Assembly (NCBI GenBank): GCA_963846655.1
Contig: CAWJWT010000002.1
Coordinates: forward strand, 875,247 to 939,246
DNA: 64,000 nucleotides
Origin: an uncultured beta proteobacterium
Lineage (GTDB): Bacteria > Pseudomonadota > Gammaproteobacteria > Burkholderiales > JACQAP01
Direction of reading: 5' to 3'
The position numbers and the translations under genes were made by a program. The notes under the pieces were generated by a model, which did no database searches, was not told the DNA's origin, and saw only the letters and a list, made by a program, of their open reading frames with translations. Below are positions 37,388 to 47,375 of this stretch, piece after piece (the stretch's first letter is position 1; the number at the start of each line of letters is the position of its first letter).

Positions 37388-38685
37388 ACGTCAAACAATT
37401 CGTTGCCACCAATGCCCGCGAGGCGCTGCGCCAGGTCAAGCGCGAACTCGGCGCGGATGCCGTGATCCTTTCGAACCGGCGCGTCGAAGCCGGGGTCGAG
37501 ATTCTCGCCCTGGCCCATGCCGAAGCGCGGGCGCTCGATGCCGCGGCGCGAGAACCGGTGGTTACGAAACCAGCGCCGGTACGCACGGCCATGAACAATA
37601 GCGCGGCGATACCATCGCAGTCGAAAAACGTGCGCGTAACAATACCGGGCGCCGCAGCATTGCACCGCATCCAGGCAAAGGCGCCCGCCGCGGGGGCCGT
37701 GCCGGTTCCGCCAGTCGCCGCCGCGCCGATCGTGGCGTCCGCGGGCGATCAGATCGCGCGCACCGTGATCCAGGAGATCCGTTCGATGCGCGGCCTGATC
37801 AACGAACAGCTTTCAGGTCTCGTGTTCGGCGAAATGCAGCGCCGCGAGCCGGACAAGTTGCGCATGATGTCCACGCTGCTGGCCAGCGGGTTCAGCCCCG
37901 CGCTGTCGCGCCGCTTGCTGGACAAGGCGCCCGCCGAGCGGCGCTTGCAGGATTTGCGCGCATGGATCAAGAAAGCGCTCGACAAGAATCTGATCACCAG
38001 CACCGCAGACGATATCGTGGCCAAAGGCGGCGTGTATGCGCTGCTCGGCCCCACCGGGGTGGGCAAGACCACGACCACCGCCAAGCTGGCCGCCCGTTGT
38101 GTGGTCCGGCACGGCGCCGACAAGCTGGCGCTGCTCACGACCGACAATTATCGCGTTGGCGCCCACGAGCACCTGCGCATTTATGGGCGCATCCTGGGCG
38201 TATCGGTGCATGCGGTGCGCGATGCGGCCGATCTCGAGATTGCGCTGTCGGAGTTGCGCAACAAGCACATGGTGCTGATCGATACGGTGGGCATGAGCCA
38301 GAAGGACCGCCATGTCGCGGAACAGGTCGCGATGTTCAGCGGTCAGGGCGAGGGCATTCGCCGGCTGCTGTTGCTCAACGCGACCTGCCAGGGCGATACC
38401 CTCGAAGACGTCGTGAACGCCTACAACAAGGAAGGCCTCGCCGGCTGCGTGATCACCAAGACCGATGAGGCCGCCAGCCTGGGCGCCGTGCTCGACACCG
38501 TGATCCGCCACCGCCTGCCCGTGCATTACGTCGCCAACGGCCAGCGCGTGCCCGAAGACATCCATCCGGCCAATCGCGAATACCTGTTGCATCGCGCGAT
38601 CGGCATGCCCCGGGACAATCCGGTGCGCGCGCTGGCCGAGCAGGACATTCCGGCTGCCCTGATGGGCGCGGCATTCGCGGCATGA
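37384..38685 (+). CDS. flhF: Flagellar SRP-type GTPase FlhF
   Basis: G-domain LLGPTGVGKTTTTAKLAAR, DTVGMSQ, ITKTDEA. ATGA overlap with flhA. Confidence 0.9.
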   Translation: MNVKQFVATNAREALRQVKRELGADAVILSNRRVEAGVEILALAHAEARALDAAAREPVVTKPAPVRTAMNNSAAIPSQSKNVRVTIPGAAALHRIQAKAPAAGAVPVPPVAAAPIVASAGDQIARTVIQEIRSMRGLINEQLSGLVFGEMQRREPDKLRMMSTLLASGFSPALSRRLLDKAPAERRLQDLRAWIKKALDKNLITSTADDIVAKGGVYALLGPTGVGKTTTTAKLAARCVVRHGADKLALLTTDNYRVGAHEHLRIYGRILGVSVHAVRDAADLEIALSELRNKHMVLIDTVGMSQKDRHVAEQVAMFSGQGEGIRRLLLLNATCQGDTLEDVVNAYNKEGLAGCVITKTDEAASLGAVLDTVIRHRLPVHYVANGQRVPEDIHPANREYLLHRAIGMPRDNPVRALAEQDIPAALMGAAFAA

Positions 38686-38695
38686 GAGGCGGCGC

Positions 38696-39589
38696 ATGAA
38701 CATACAAGCCTCCGATCAAGCTGAAGGATTGCGCCGCCTGCTGGGCAAGCAGATGCCCAAGATCATCACGTTGGTGTCCGGTTGTGCACGCACCGGCAAG
38801 ACTTGCGCAACGATCAATCTGGCGGTAGCCATTGCGCAGGCCGGCCGCAGCGTGATGCTGTTTGACGAGAACTGCGGCCCGCGCAACGTCACGGGCACGC
38901 TCGGGATCGATACCGTGGCCGACATGGCCGACACCATTCGCGGCAACCGTGCGCTCGAACACACGCTCGTTCCCGGACCCGAGGGCCTCGTGATCCTTCC
39001 GGCCGGAAACGGCGTGCGCGCCCTGGCCGATATCGATGAAGCCGGATGCGCAAGACTGCGGGAAGGATTCGCGCGCATCGCGGGAGCCCTGGATTTCATC
39101 CTCGTGGACACCGCTGCCGGATCCTCGAGCCGGCTGCTCCCGCTGGTGCATCCGGAGGACGAAACCATCCTGGTTACGACCGGCAGCGGTGCCGGCCAGG
39201 CCGATGCGCTGGGTATGATCAAGCTCATGCACCGCGAACTGGGCACGCGCAATCTGCAAGTGCTGGTCTCGCTGACGCGCGCGGAAGTCGAGGCCGAGGC
39301 TGCGTACTGCAACCTTGCCGGCGTCGCCAGCAGACATCTTGGCGCGCGTCTCGAATACTTCGGTGCCGCGTGCGCGGACGAGCACATCGCACGGGCCGCC
39401 AAAGTGGGGCGCAGTGCGCTCGAAATGTTTCCGCATGCACACGGCTCCGAGCAATGGCGCGCGCAGGCGCGGGACGTCATGCGCTGGCCGCTGCCGCGGG
39501 ACGCGGCGCAAGGCATGGATCGCTTTGTGCAGCGCTTGATTCTGGGCAGCCGCGTACGCATGGGCGCAGCAGCGCTCTCGGCGGCGTAA
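38696..39589 (+). CDS. flhG: MinD/ParA-family flagellar number regulator FlhG (FleN), atypical P-loop
   Basis: DQAEGLRRLL N-terminus and position after flhF. P-loop reads GCARTGKT (38780-38803), which fits GxxxxGKT but lacks the signature first Lys of the deviant Walker A KGGxGK[ST]. Confidence 0.75.
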   Translation: MNIQASDQAEGLRRLLGKQMPKIITLVSGCARTGKTCATINLAVAIAQAGRSVMLFDENCGPRNVTGTLGIDTVADMADTIRGNRALEHTLVPGPEGLVILPAGNGVRALADIDEAGCARLREGFARIAGALDFILVDTAAGSSSRLLPLVHPEDETILVTTGSGAGQADALGMIKLMHRELGTRNLQVLVSLTRAEVEAEAAYCNLAGVASRHLGARLEYFGAACADEHIARAAKVGRSALEMFPHAHGSEQWRAQARDVMRWPLPRDAAQGMDRFVQRLILGSRVRMGAAALSAA

Positions 39590-39630
39590 AGCGCCCGCAT
39601 CGGCGCAGGCACGGCAGGGAGATCGGGATA

Positions 39631-40344
39631 ATGTATACGGCAACCGGAACGCAGAACCGGCAGGAGTGGATCAAGCAGTACGCTCCGCTGGTGAAGCGCA
39701 TTGCGCATCACATCATGGCGAAGCTGCCGGCAAGCGTCGAGATCGACGATATCGTCCAGGCCGGCATGATCGGGCTGATGGACGCCGTGGAACGCTACGA
39801 AGACTCGCAGGGCGCGCAATTCGAAACCTACGCGGCGCAACGCATTCGCGGGGCCATGCTCGATGAGCTGCGCAGTTGTGACTGGGTGCCGCGGGGCATC
39901 CGCAAGAACATGCGCACCATCGAGAAATCGATCCGTACGCTGGAGCAGCGCCTTGGCCGCCAGCCCGGCGAAAAGGAAATTGCCGACTTCATGCAGTTGC
40001 CCCTGGCCGAATACCAGCAAATGCTGCAGGACGCGCGCGGCCATCAACTGGTGTATTACGAAGATTTCTCCGAAGACGATGACGGCAGTTTTCTCGATCG
40101 CCATTCCGGGCGCGCGCATCCGAGCCCGCTCGACTCGCTGATCGACGACGGCCTGCGCGGCCGGCTCATCGAGGCGATCGAAACCCTGCCCGAGCGCGAA
40201 AAAACCATGATGGGGTTGTACTACGAACAGGATCTGAACTTGCGCGAAATCGGCGAGATCCTCGGCGTCACGGAATCGCGCGTATGCCAGATCCACACCC
40301 AGGCGATTGCGCGTCTGCGCACGATGCTGCGCGAACAACGTTGA
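39631..40344 (+). CDS. fliA: Flagellar sigma factor FliA (sigma-28)
   Basis: YAPLVKRIAHHIMAKLPASVEIDDIVQAGMIGLMDAVERYE (region 2) and ...LNLREIGEILGVTESRVCQIHTQAIARLR (region 4.2 helix-turn-helix). 237 aa. Confidence 0.9.
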   Translation: MYTATGTQNRQEWIKQYAPLVKRIAHHIMAKLPASVEIDDIVQAGMIGLMDAVERYEDSQGAQFETYAAQRIRGAMLDELRSCDWVPRGIRKNMRTIEKSIRTLEQRLGRQPGEKEIADFMQLPLAEYQQMLQDARGHQLVYYEDFSEDDDGSFLDRHSGRAHPSPLDSLIDDGLRGRLIEAIETLPEREKTMMGLYYEQDLNLREIGEILGVTESRVCQIHTQAIARLRTMLREQR

Positions 40345-40375
40345 GGTGCACCGTCGCCGCACGGCGGCACTGACG

Positions 40376-40403
40376 AAAACGCCGGCAGCTGCCGGCGTTT
40401 TTT
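40376..40403. terminator. Bidirectional rho-independent terminator between convergent fliA and flgN
   Basis: Palindrome acgccggcag/ctgccggcgt (40379-40398), flanked by aaaa on the 5' side and ttttt on the 3' side. Confidence 0.8.
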
Positions 40404-40423
40404 CCTTGGCGAGAACCGCCTGT

Positions 40424-40918
40424 TCAGCCTTGCGCCAGGCTGCGGGAAATCCCGGATTCGTAGGCGCTGATGCCGTTCATGCCGTACAAGCTTGTCCCGC
40501 GCACGCCCAGCGTATCCATCGCGCGGCGGACCTGGCCGAGCTTCAAGTCGACGACACAACTATTCGCGGCATTGAGATCCGCGGCGCGGCGCGCGGCGTC
40601 GAGCAGACTGTTCCAATTGGCCCGCACACTGGCATCCTTGCCGATGCGTTGCCGCAGGCCGTCTGTTTGCGCCGGGCCCGGTGCCCCGAGGAGCACGGCC
40701 CGCTGTTCGGCACAGCGCGACAGAATTTCCAGCAGCGTGGTTTTTTCCGCAGCCAGGCCACTCAGCGTATCTGCATTGCCGCCGGTGAGGGCGGCGCTTT
40801 CCTGGTCGAGCAGTGCCACGAACGCGCGCATGGCACTGAGCTCTTGCGTCACTGCGTCGGCGAATTCCTGTCGTGACATGGACTTGATGTGATCGGCATT
40901 GGTGCGATCGGCATTCAT
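40424..40918 (-). CDS. flgN: Flagellar export chaperone FlgN
   Basis: Follows flgM by 4 nt. Helical 164-aa protein ...ELSAMRAFVALLDQESAALTGGNADTLSGLAAEKTTLLEIL... Start could also be the downstream ATG (MSRQEF) at 40879. Confidence 0.75.
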   Translation of the reverse strand: MNADRTNADHIKSMSRQEFADAVTQELSAMRAFVALLDQESAALTGGNADTLSGLAAEKTTLLEILSRCAEQRAVLLGAPGPAQTDGLRQRIGKDASVRANWNSLLDAARRAADLNAANSCVVDLKLGQVRRAMDTLGVRGTSLYGMNGISAYESGISRSLAQG

Positions 40919-40922
40919 GTGA

Positions 40923-41210
40923 TCAGCGCTTGGCGGAGAAGATGAGTTCCTGAACCGTCTGCAGCAGCCGGTCCGCCACGACCTCCGAATTGACCTGAAA
41001 ATGGCCTTCTGCAATGGCCTGCTTGATATCCGCTATCCGTGCCGCATCCATCACGGGGCCGCCGGCTTGTGCGGAGCCCAGCGCGGACGAGAGCCCGCTC
41101 AGTTCAACGCTGACGCCCGCTTTGGGTTTGGCCGCGTCGCCGTGGGCGCTCTTGCCCGTGCCGCCCGGATTGGCCGGGCTGATCGAATTCAGCGAGTTAT
41201 CTATTTTCAT
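40923..41210 (-). CDS. flgM: Anti-sigma-28 factor FlgM
   Basis: 95 aa, low complexity. C-terminal ...IADIKQAIAEGHFQVNSEVVADRLLQTVQELI matches the FlgM sigma-28-binding helices. Confidence 0.85.
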   Translation of the reverse strand: MKIDNSLNSISPANPGGTGKSAHGDAAKPKAGVSVELSGLSSALGSAQAGGPVMDAARIADIKQAIAEGHFQVNSEVVADRLLQTVQELIFSAKR

Positions 41211-41245
41211 GATGCTTTTCCCTATTCCGGAGCCTGATGGCTAAG

Positions 41246-41272
41246 TTATCGGCACTTTCCAGGACAACTTTA
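41246..41272 (-). promoter_or_regulatory. Sigma-28 (FliA) class-3 promoter for flgMN
   Basis: The minus strand reads TAAAGTTG-N11-GCCGATAA (-35 at 41272-41265, -10 at 41253-41246). The consensus is TAAAGTTT-N11-GCCGATAA. It lies ~36 nt upstream of the flgM ATG, between flgA and flgM. Confidence 0.8.
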
Positions 41273-41346
41273 GGAACAAGCTTTTCCCCTGTTCAACATA
41301 TAGTACGTCAACTGCCTATCGACCTCTTGCGCAGGCGGGTTGAGCC

Positions 41347-42030
41347 CTAGCGGACGATTTCCACCACAGGGCCGGGCCGTACGATCCCGCTGATTACACT
41401 GCCCGACCCGGTCCTGACTTGCACGCGATCACCTTCCGGGGCCTTGCCCAGAGCGACGCCTTGAGAACTGATCTTGAAGCCGGGTCCATGCACGATCAAC
41501 GCGACCGCCTGGCCTTGAACGACGGCCGGGGGTTCGCGCACGGCGTCGCGTCGCAGCGGTTGGCCGGCTTGCACGCCGTGGGCGAGGCGCCGGCCGATTG
41601 CCTGCGAGGTTGTCGTGAGGACGCCCGCGGGAAGTTGGGTCAATTCACCCTGCTGCACGACCAGGTCCGTGGCGGTAATTTCCTGGCCGAGCGCGAGCGG
41701 GCGCGCGGCGACCAGATAGTCGCCAGAAACCGTGACCCGCGCCGGAAGATAAAGGGTCCAGGCGGGCGATGCGCAACGCACGCCGACGCTGGTTTGTCCC
41801 CACGCGCGGCTGCCGGCCGGGAAAAACGCCTGCAGGCGTGCACAGGCGGGCCGCGATACGCGGGCATCGAGCTTGCCGATCTCCAGGCTGATGCGCCCCG
41901 GCAGGCCTGCGCTTTCCCGGCGCAGCAACTCGTCGGCCGCGGCATATATAGGCGCGGCGTCCTGCTGTAACGCCGCCGCCTGCAGCGTCCCCGCCGCCAA
42001 TATGAGTGCCAGTCCTGCGATCCCTCTCAA
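41347..42030 (-). CDS. flgA: Flagellar P-ring assembly chaperone FlgA
   Basis: Signal peptide LRGIAGLALILAAGTLQAAA; C-terminal SAF domain ...GQPLRRDAVREPPAVVQGQAVALIV...GDRVQVR... TTG at 42030 is preceded by AAGGAG, so it is preferred over the ORF-track start at 42093. Confidence 0.8.
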   Translation of the reverse strand: MRGIAGLALILAAGTLQAAALQQDAAPIYAAADELLRRESAGLPGRISLEIGKLDARVSRPACARLQAFFPAGSRAWGQTSVGVRCASPAWTLYLPARVTVSGDYLVAARPLALGQEITATDLVVQQGELTQLPAGVLTTTSQAIGRRLAHGVQAGQPLRRDAVREPPAVVQGQAVALIVHGPGFKISSQGVALGKAPEGDRVQVRTGSGSVISGIVRPGPVVEIVR

Positions 42031-42219
42031 ATGCGACTCCTTACGATTGCATGTCAGCGGCAAATATTGCCGCGGGAGTAATGATCTGCCCAAAGCGCGC
42101 GGCGCGGTGTTCCGAATTGAGGGGCCTTTAGGTCTCTATTCGAAAAATTGCGGACGTGCGCCAAGGCCTAGCATGGGCTCCGTGAAAAAGCGGGTAAAGG
42201 CCCGCGGAGGGTCAGGCAC

Positions 42220-42594
42220 ATGAACAAACTCGACGAATTGCTGAACTTCAACCATCAGGCATTGAACCTGCGCTCGCAGCGCCAGCAGGTGCTCGCGTCG
42301 AACATCGCCAATGCCGACACGCCCGGTTTCAAGGCGCGCGATTTCGATTTCAAGTCCGCGCTGGCGGCGGCGGTCGCCGTGCCGGCGCAGGGCGCCAAGG
42401 CAGCGGCCCCCGCGGTCGGGCAGCCGCAGCCGGAGTTGCTTTACCGAAGCGTGATACAGCCGTCGATCGACGGCAACACCGTTGATATGGATGTGGAGCG
42501 TGCCCAGTTTGCCGAGAACACGCTGCATTACGAAGCCAACATCACGATGCTCACGCATCAGATCCGCATGATGATCGCTGCGATCCAGGGGTAA
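42220..42594 (+). CDS. flgB: Flagellar proximal rod protein FlgB
   Basis: ...RQQVLASNIANADTPGFKARD (rod-family N-terminal motif). 124 aa. Confidence 0.9.
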   Translation: MNKLDELLNFNHQALNLRSQRQQVLASNIANADTPGFKARDFDFKSALAAAVAVPAQGAKAAAPAVGQPQPELLYRSVIQPSIDGNTVDMDVERAQFAENTLHYEANITMLTHQIRMMIAAIQG

Positions 42595-42600
42595 GCAACC

Positions 42601-43008
42601 ATGCCTTCACTCTTGAAGATATTCGATATTGCCGCTTCCGCGATGACCGCGCAGTCGCAACGGCTGAACGTCGTTGCCAGCAACCTGGCCAACGCGGACA
42701 GCGCGACCGGACCGGATGGCAAGGCCTACAAGGCGAAACAGGTCGTGTTCGCCACGCAGAATCTCGGCGGCGCCGAAAACGCCGGCGTGCGCGTGACGGG
42801 AGTGGTTGAAGATCCCTCGCCGATGAAGCAGGTATTCGAGCCCAACCACCCGATGGCGGATGCCAAGGGCTACGTCACCATGCCCAATGTCAACGTCGTC
42901 GAGGAAATGGTCAACATGATTTCGGCTTCGCGCTCCTACCAGAACAACGTCGAAGCAATGAACACCGCCAAGACGCTGTTGGCGAAGACGCTCACGATCG
43001 GCCAATAG
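42601..43008 (+). CDS. flgC: Flagellar proximal rod protein FlgC
   Basis: [27 protein letters not shown]... and C-terminal [26 protein letters not shown]. Confidence 0.9.
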   Translation: MPSLLKIFDIAASAMTAQSQRLNVVASNLANADSATGPDGKAYKAKQVVFATQNLGGAENAGVRVTGVVEDPSPMKQVFEPNHPMADAKGYVTMPNVNVVEEMVNMISASRSYQNNVEAMNTAKTLLAKTLTIGQ

Positions 43009-43024
43009 CCGCGGATAAACCCTC

Positions 43025-43684
43025 ATGACCACGATTGCAGATCTGCAAAGCCTTTCGAGCAGTCCTGCCGCCAAGGCTGCGCCCAATACGCGCTCCGAAG
43101 CGCAGGACCGCTTCCTCAAGCTGCTGGTCACGCAAATGCAGAACCAGGACCCGCTCAACCCGATGGACAACGCGCAGGTGACTACCCAGCTTGCGCAACT
43201 CAACACGGTGAGCGGCATCGAGCAGCTCAACAAAACACTCGGACAAATGGCCGCTTCCAGTGCCGCGCAGCAGGCGCTGCAGGCGGCGATGCTGGTGGGG
43301 CGCGACGTGCTTGTGGCGGGCGACAGATTGAGTTTCACCGGCCAGCCGGCGCGCTTCGGCATTGAAGTGCCCCAGGCCGTCGATGGGTTGACGATCACCA
43401 TCACGGACGCCAAGGGCCAGGTCGTCCAGGCGTTCCAGGCCGGTGCGCAGGCGCAGGGCGCAACCACCTTCCAGTGGGACGGCCTCGATAGCGCCGGCAA
43501 TGCCGTACCGCACGGTGTGTATGGTCTCTCGGCAAGCGCGCGGGCAGGCAGCGCCGCGGTCACGCCGGTCACGCTCGTGGGCGAAACCGTGCAATCGGTG
43601 GGCAGCGCGGCCGACGGCAGCATCCAGTTGCAGTTGTTGGGCCTCGGCAGTGTGGGCATCGCCGATATCAAACGATTTCTGTAA
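43025..43684 (+). CDS. flgD: Flagellar hook capping protein FlgD
   Basis: FLKLLVTQMQNQDPLNPMDNAQVTTQLAQLNTVSGIEQL motif. Confidence 0.9.
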   Translation: MTTIADLQSLSSSPAAKAAPNTRSEAQDRFLKLLVTQMQNQDPLNPMDNAQVTTQLAQLNTVSGIEQLNKTLGQMAASSAAQQALQAAMLVGRDVLVAGDRLSFTGQPARFGIEVPQAVDGLTITITDAKGQVVQAFQAGAQAQGATTFQWDGLDSAGNAVPHGVYGLSASARAGSAAVTPVTLVGETVQSVGSAADGSIQLQLLGLGSVGIADIKRFL

Positions 43685-43701
43685 TCCGGCAAGGAGACAT
43701 C

Positions 43702-44964
43702 ATGGCATTCCAGCAAGGTCTGAGCGGTCTTAATGCGGCATCCAAGGGTTTGGACGTCGTGGGCAACAACATCGCCAACTCGAATACGGTGGGCTTCAAA
43801 TCCTCGCAGGCACAGTTCGCGGACGTGTATGCCAATTCGATCCTGGGCGGGGGCAATGCCGTGGGCATCGGTACGCAGGTTTCCACCGTCGCCCAGCAGT
43901 TCTCCCAAGGCAACATTTCCTCGTCGAGCAATCCGCTGGATGTGGCCATCAACGGCAACGGCTTTTACCGCATGAGCGACAACGGCGCCATCACTTATAC
44001 GCGCAACGGCCAGTTTCATGTCGACAAAGACGGCGTCATCGTCAACGCGGACGGCCGCCAGCTCACCGGCTATCCGGTGGATGCAAACGGCCTGATCGTG
44101 CCCTCTTCGCCGCTCCCGCTGCAGATTTCGACCGGCGACATCGCGCCCCAAGTCACCAGCACCATGGATGCCACGCTGAACCTCGATGCGCGCCTGGCGC
44201 AGCCGGCCACGGCGATCTTCAATCCGGCCGATCCGACCAGCTACAACAACTCGACGTCGCTGACGTTGTACGACACGCTGGGTAATCCGCATTTGTTCTC
44301 GCTGTTCTTCGTCAGGACCGCGACGCCCAATCAATGGAGCACGTTCGCCACCGTCGATGGTACGCCGGCTGCAAACGTGGATCTGGGTGCCGGCGCCGGC
44401 GCGCCAGCCACGCTTGATTTCAACACCAGCGGCACCCTGACGACGGCCATGCCGATTACGGCGACTGTCGATCTGAATGCGGTCGCGACCGATCTGGGCC
44501 TGGTCAACGGCGCGGCCTCACCGCTGAGTTTCGCGATGGATTTCGGCCCGACTTCCCAGTTCGGTTCCAATTTCGGCGTCAATTCGCTGGCGCAGAACGG
44601 TTACACCTCGGGCCGGCTGGCCGGCCTCGCCGTCGGGCAGGACGGCATCATCCAGGGCCGCTACAGCAACGGTCAGTCGCGCAACATCGGCCAGATCGTG
44701 CTGGCGAATTTCAACGATCCGCAGGGGCTCAAGCCCCTGGGCGACAACCAGTGGGGCGAGACGTCGCGTTCGGGCCCGGCTGCAGTGGGCGCGCCGAACA
44801 CCGGTTCGCTGGGCGGATTGCAATCGGCCGCGGTCGAGGAATCCAACGTCGACCTGACTGCCGAGCTGGTCAATCTGATCACCATGCAGCGCGCCTACCA
44901 GGCCAATGCGCAGACCATCAAGACCGAAGACTCCATATTGCAAACGCTGGTCAACCTGCGATAG
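43702..44964 (+). CDS. flgE: Flagellar hook protein FlgE
   Basis: MAFQQGLSGLNAASKGLDVVGNNIANSNTVGFK... and C-terminal AELVNLITMQRAYQANAQTIKTEDSILQTLVNLR. Confidence 0.9.
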   Translation: MAFQQGLSGLNAASKGLDVVGNNIANSNTVGFKSSQAQFADVYANSILGGGNAVGIGTQVSTVAQQFSQGNISSSSNPLDVAINGNGFYRMSDNGAITYTRNGQFHVDKDGVIVNADGRQLTGYPVDANGLIVPSSPLPLQISTGDIAPQVTSTMDATLNLDARLAQPATAIFNPADPTSYNNSTSLTLYDTLGNPHLFSLFFVRTATPNQWSTFATVDGTPAANVDLGAGAGAPATLDFNTSGTLTTAMPITATVDLNAVATDLGLVNGAASPLSFAMDFGPTSQFGSNFGVNSLAQNGYTSGRLAGLAVGQDGIIQGRYSNGQSRNIGQIVLANFNDPQGLKPLGDNQWGETSRSGPAAVGAPNTGSLGGLQSAAVEESNVDLTAELVNLITMQRAYQANAQTIKTEDSILQTLVNLR

Positions 44965-45029
44965 GAATGGCTAACAGCGGATTGACCGGGCACTGATCGG
45001 CACGATTACCCACGGGTTCAGGAACCTCC

Positions 45030-45770
45030 ATGGATCGACTCATCTATACCGCCATGACCGGCGCCAAACACCTGCTCGAACAGCAGGCAGTCGTGGCGCA
45101 CAACCTGGCCAATGTGAATACCACCGGGTTTCGCGCCGAGCTGGGCGCGTTTCGCGCCGTGCCGGTCATCGGTGAGGGGGCCAATACGCGCACCTTCGTG
45201 GTCGATTCGACGGTCGGCTCGGATTTGACGCCCGGTGTCCTGCAACAAACCGGGCGCCCGCTCGACGTAGCGTTACAGGGTCACGGGTTCATCGCGGTCC
45301 AGACCGGTGACGGCGCCGAAGCCTACACGCGCGCAGGCGATCTGCAGGTCAGTGTCAATGGGCAACTGCAGACGCGCAATGGCAATGCCGTGCTGGGCGA
45401 CGGCGGACCGATCGCGATCCCGCCGGATTCCAGCCTGACCATCGCGCCCGACGGCACCATCTCAACGGTATCCACTATCGGTGCGCCCAACGCAGTGACC
45501 ACCGTGGGCCGCATCAAACTGGTCAATCCGCAGGAAAGCGAGATCGTGCGCGGCGGCGACGGCTTGTTTCGCCTGAAAAGCGGCAATCCCGCCGAAGCCG
45601 ATGCGAGCGTGGCGCTCGCATCGGGCGCGCTCGAAGGAAGCAATGTCAATGTGGTCGAGGCGATGGTTCGCCTGATCGAAAACGCTCGCCAGTTCGACAT
45701 GCAGATGAAGATGCTGCAGAACGCAGAAAACAATGCCACGCAGGCGACTTCGGTGATGGCGGCGCGATGA
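45030..45770 (+). CDS. flgF: Flagellar proximal rod protein FlgF
   Basis: [36 protein letters not shown]...; C-terminal [21 protein letters not shown]. Confidence 0.9.
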   Translation: MDRLIYTAMTGAKHLLEQQAVVAHNLANVNTTGFRAELGAFRAVPVIGEGANTRTFVVDSTVGSDLTPGVLQQTGRPLDVALQGHGFIAVQTGDGAEAYTRAGDLQVSVNGQLQTRNGNAVLGDGGPIAIPPDSSLTIAPDGTISTVSTIGAPNAVTTVGRIKLVNPQESEIVRGGDGLFRLKSGNPAEADASVALASGALEGSNVNVVEAMVRLIENARQFDMQMKMLQNAENNATQATSVMAAR

Positions 45771-45858
45771 CCCTGCGCAGGCCAAACCGCACGTCCATCG
45801 GGCCGCCCGGCGTTACGCCGCGCAGCCATCATTTCAATGCAATGCAAGGAGCCGAATC

Positions 45859-46641
45859 ATGATCCGCTCGCTTTGGATAGCCAAGACCGGCCTGGAAGCG
45901 CAACAGATGCAGATGGATGTCATCGCGCACAATCTGGCCAACGTCAGTACCAACGGTTTCAAACGCCAGCGCGCCGTGTTCGAGGATCTGCTGTACCAGA
46001 CCCTGCGCCAGCCCGGTGCGCAATCGTCCCAGCAATCCGAAGTGCCCTCCGGCCTGCAGATCGGCACCGGTGTGCAGCCGATTGCGACCGAACGCATCTT
46101 CACGCAGGGCAACTTGCAGCAAACCGGCAATTCGCTGGACGTGGCCATCCAGGGCGAGGGCTTCTTTCAGGTGCTGTTGCCGGACGGCACCAACGCCTTC
46201 ACGCGCGACGGGGCGTTCCAGCTCAACAGCCAGGGCCAGCTCGTGACCTCGAGCGGCTACCAGGTTCAGCCCCCCATCACGCTGCCCGCGAACGTGGTGA
46301 CGGTGACCATCGCCAAGGACGGCATCGTGTCGGTGACCCAGGCAGGCGCCAGCGCGCCCACGCAAGTCGGACAGATGCAGCTCGCGACGTTCATCAACGC
46401 CGGCGGCTTGCAATCCCGCGGCGAGAACCTGTACGTCGAAACCGCCTCGTCCGGTGCGCCTTCGCCGAACGCGCCCGGAGCGAACGGGGCGGGACTGCTC
46501 AACCAGGCCTACGTGGAAACCTCCAACGTCAATGTCGCCGAGGAACTGGTCAATATGATCCAGACGCAGCGCGCCTACGAGATCAACTCCAAGGCGATCC
46601 AGACGGCCGACCAGATGCTGGCGAAACTGTCGCAACTGTAA
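45859..46641 (+). CDS. flgG: Flagellar distal rod protein FlgG
   Basis: [36 protein letters not shown]...; C-terminal [33 protein letters not shown] Shine-Dalgarno. Confidence 0.95.
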   Translation: MIRSLWIAKTGLEAQQMQMDVIAHNLANVSTNGFKRQRAVFEDLLYQTLRQPGAQSSQQSEVPSGLQIGTGVQPIATERIFTQGNLQQTGNSLDVAIQGEGFFQVLLPDGTNAFTRDGAFQLNSQGQLVTSSGYQVQPPITLPANVVTVTIAKDGIVSVTQAGASAPTQVGQMQLATFINAGGLQSRGENLYVETASSGAPSPNAPGANGAGLLNQAYVETSNVNVAEELVNMIQTQRAYEINSKAIQTADQMLAKLSQL

Positions 46642-46679
46642 TGATGCGTCGGCAGAGCCGCGGCAAACTTAGGAACATC

Positions 46680-47354
46680 ATGGAAAAAACTCTGCCCAGG
46701 ATTCTGGCGGCGCTGATATGCCTGCTGCTTCCCGCCTGCGCGATCAACCAGACCCCGATCGTCCACCAGCCGATGACCGCGCGGCCGGTGGCCGAGCCGG
46801 CGGTGCCGTTCCAGGCCGATGGCTCGATCTACCAGCAGGGCAATTATCGACCCCTGTTCGAAGACCGACGCGCACGCTACACCGGCGACACGCTGACGAT
46901 CCTCATTTCCGAGAAAACAGCGGCGAACAAGAAGTCCGGCGCAAGTGCGGAGCGCACCAGCGCCATATCGGCCGCGGTGCCGATCGTGCAGGGTTTGCCC
47001 GGCAAGTCGTTGCAGGGCACTGCGCTGGAGGCGAGCACATCGAACAAGTTCGATGGCAAAGGCCAGGCGGCCGCCAGCAACGATTTCACCGGCGTCATTA
47101 CCGTCACCGTCATCGAAGTGCTGGCCAACGGCAATATGCTCGTCAGCGGCGAGAAGCAGATCGCCATGAGCCAGGGATCGGAATTCATTCGTTTCTCGGG
47201 CATCGTCAATCCGGTCACGGTCACCCCGGACAATGCCGTGGTCTCCACGTTGGTGGCGGACGCGCGCATCGAATACCGCGCCAACGGCTACATCGACGAG
47301 GCGCAGACCATGGGTTGGCTGGCGCGGTTCTTCAACAATGTCTCGCCGTTCTAA
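46680..47354 (+). CDS. flgH: Flagellar L-ring lipoprotein FlgH
   Basis: MEKTLPRILAALICLLLPAC (lipobox LPAC), then ...LFEDRRARYTGDTLTILISEKT...GNMLVSGEKQI... An in-frame ATG at 46641 is a less likely start. Confidence 0.9.
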   Translation: MEKTLPRILAALICLLLPACAINQTPIVHQPMTARPVAEPAVPFQADGSIYQQGNYRPLFEDRRARYTGDTLTILISEKTAANKKSGASAERTSAISAAVPIVQGLPGKSLQGTALEASTSNKFDGKGQAAASNDFTGVITVTVIEVLANGNMLVSGEKQIAMSQGSEFIRFSGIVNPVTVTPDNAVVSTLVADARIEYRANGYIDEAQTMGWLARFFNNVSPF

Positions 47355-47375
47355 ACGCGCGACAACGGGACGGCA

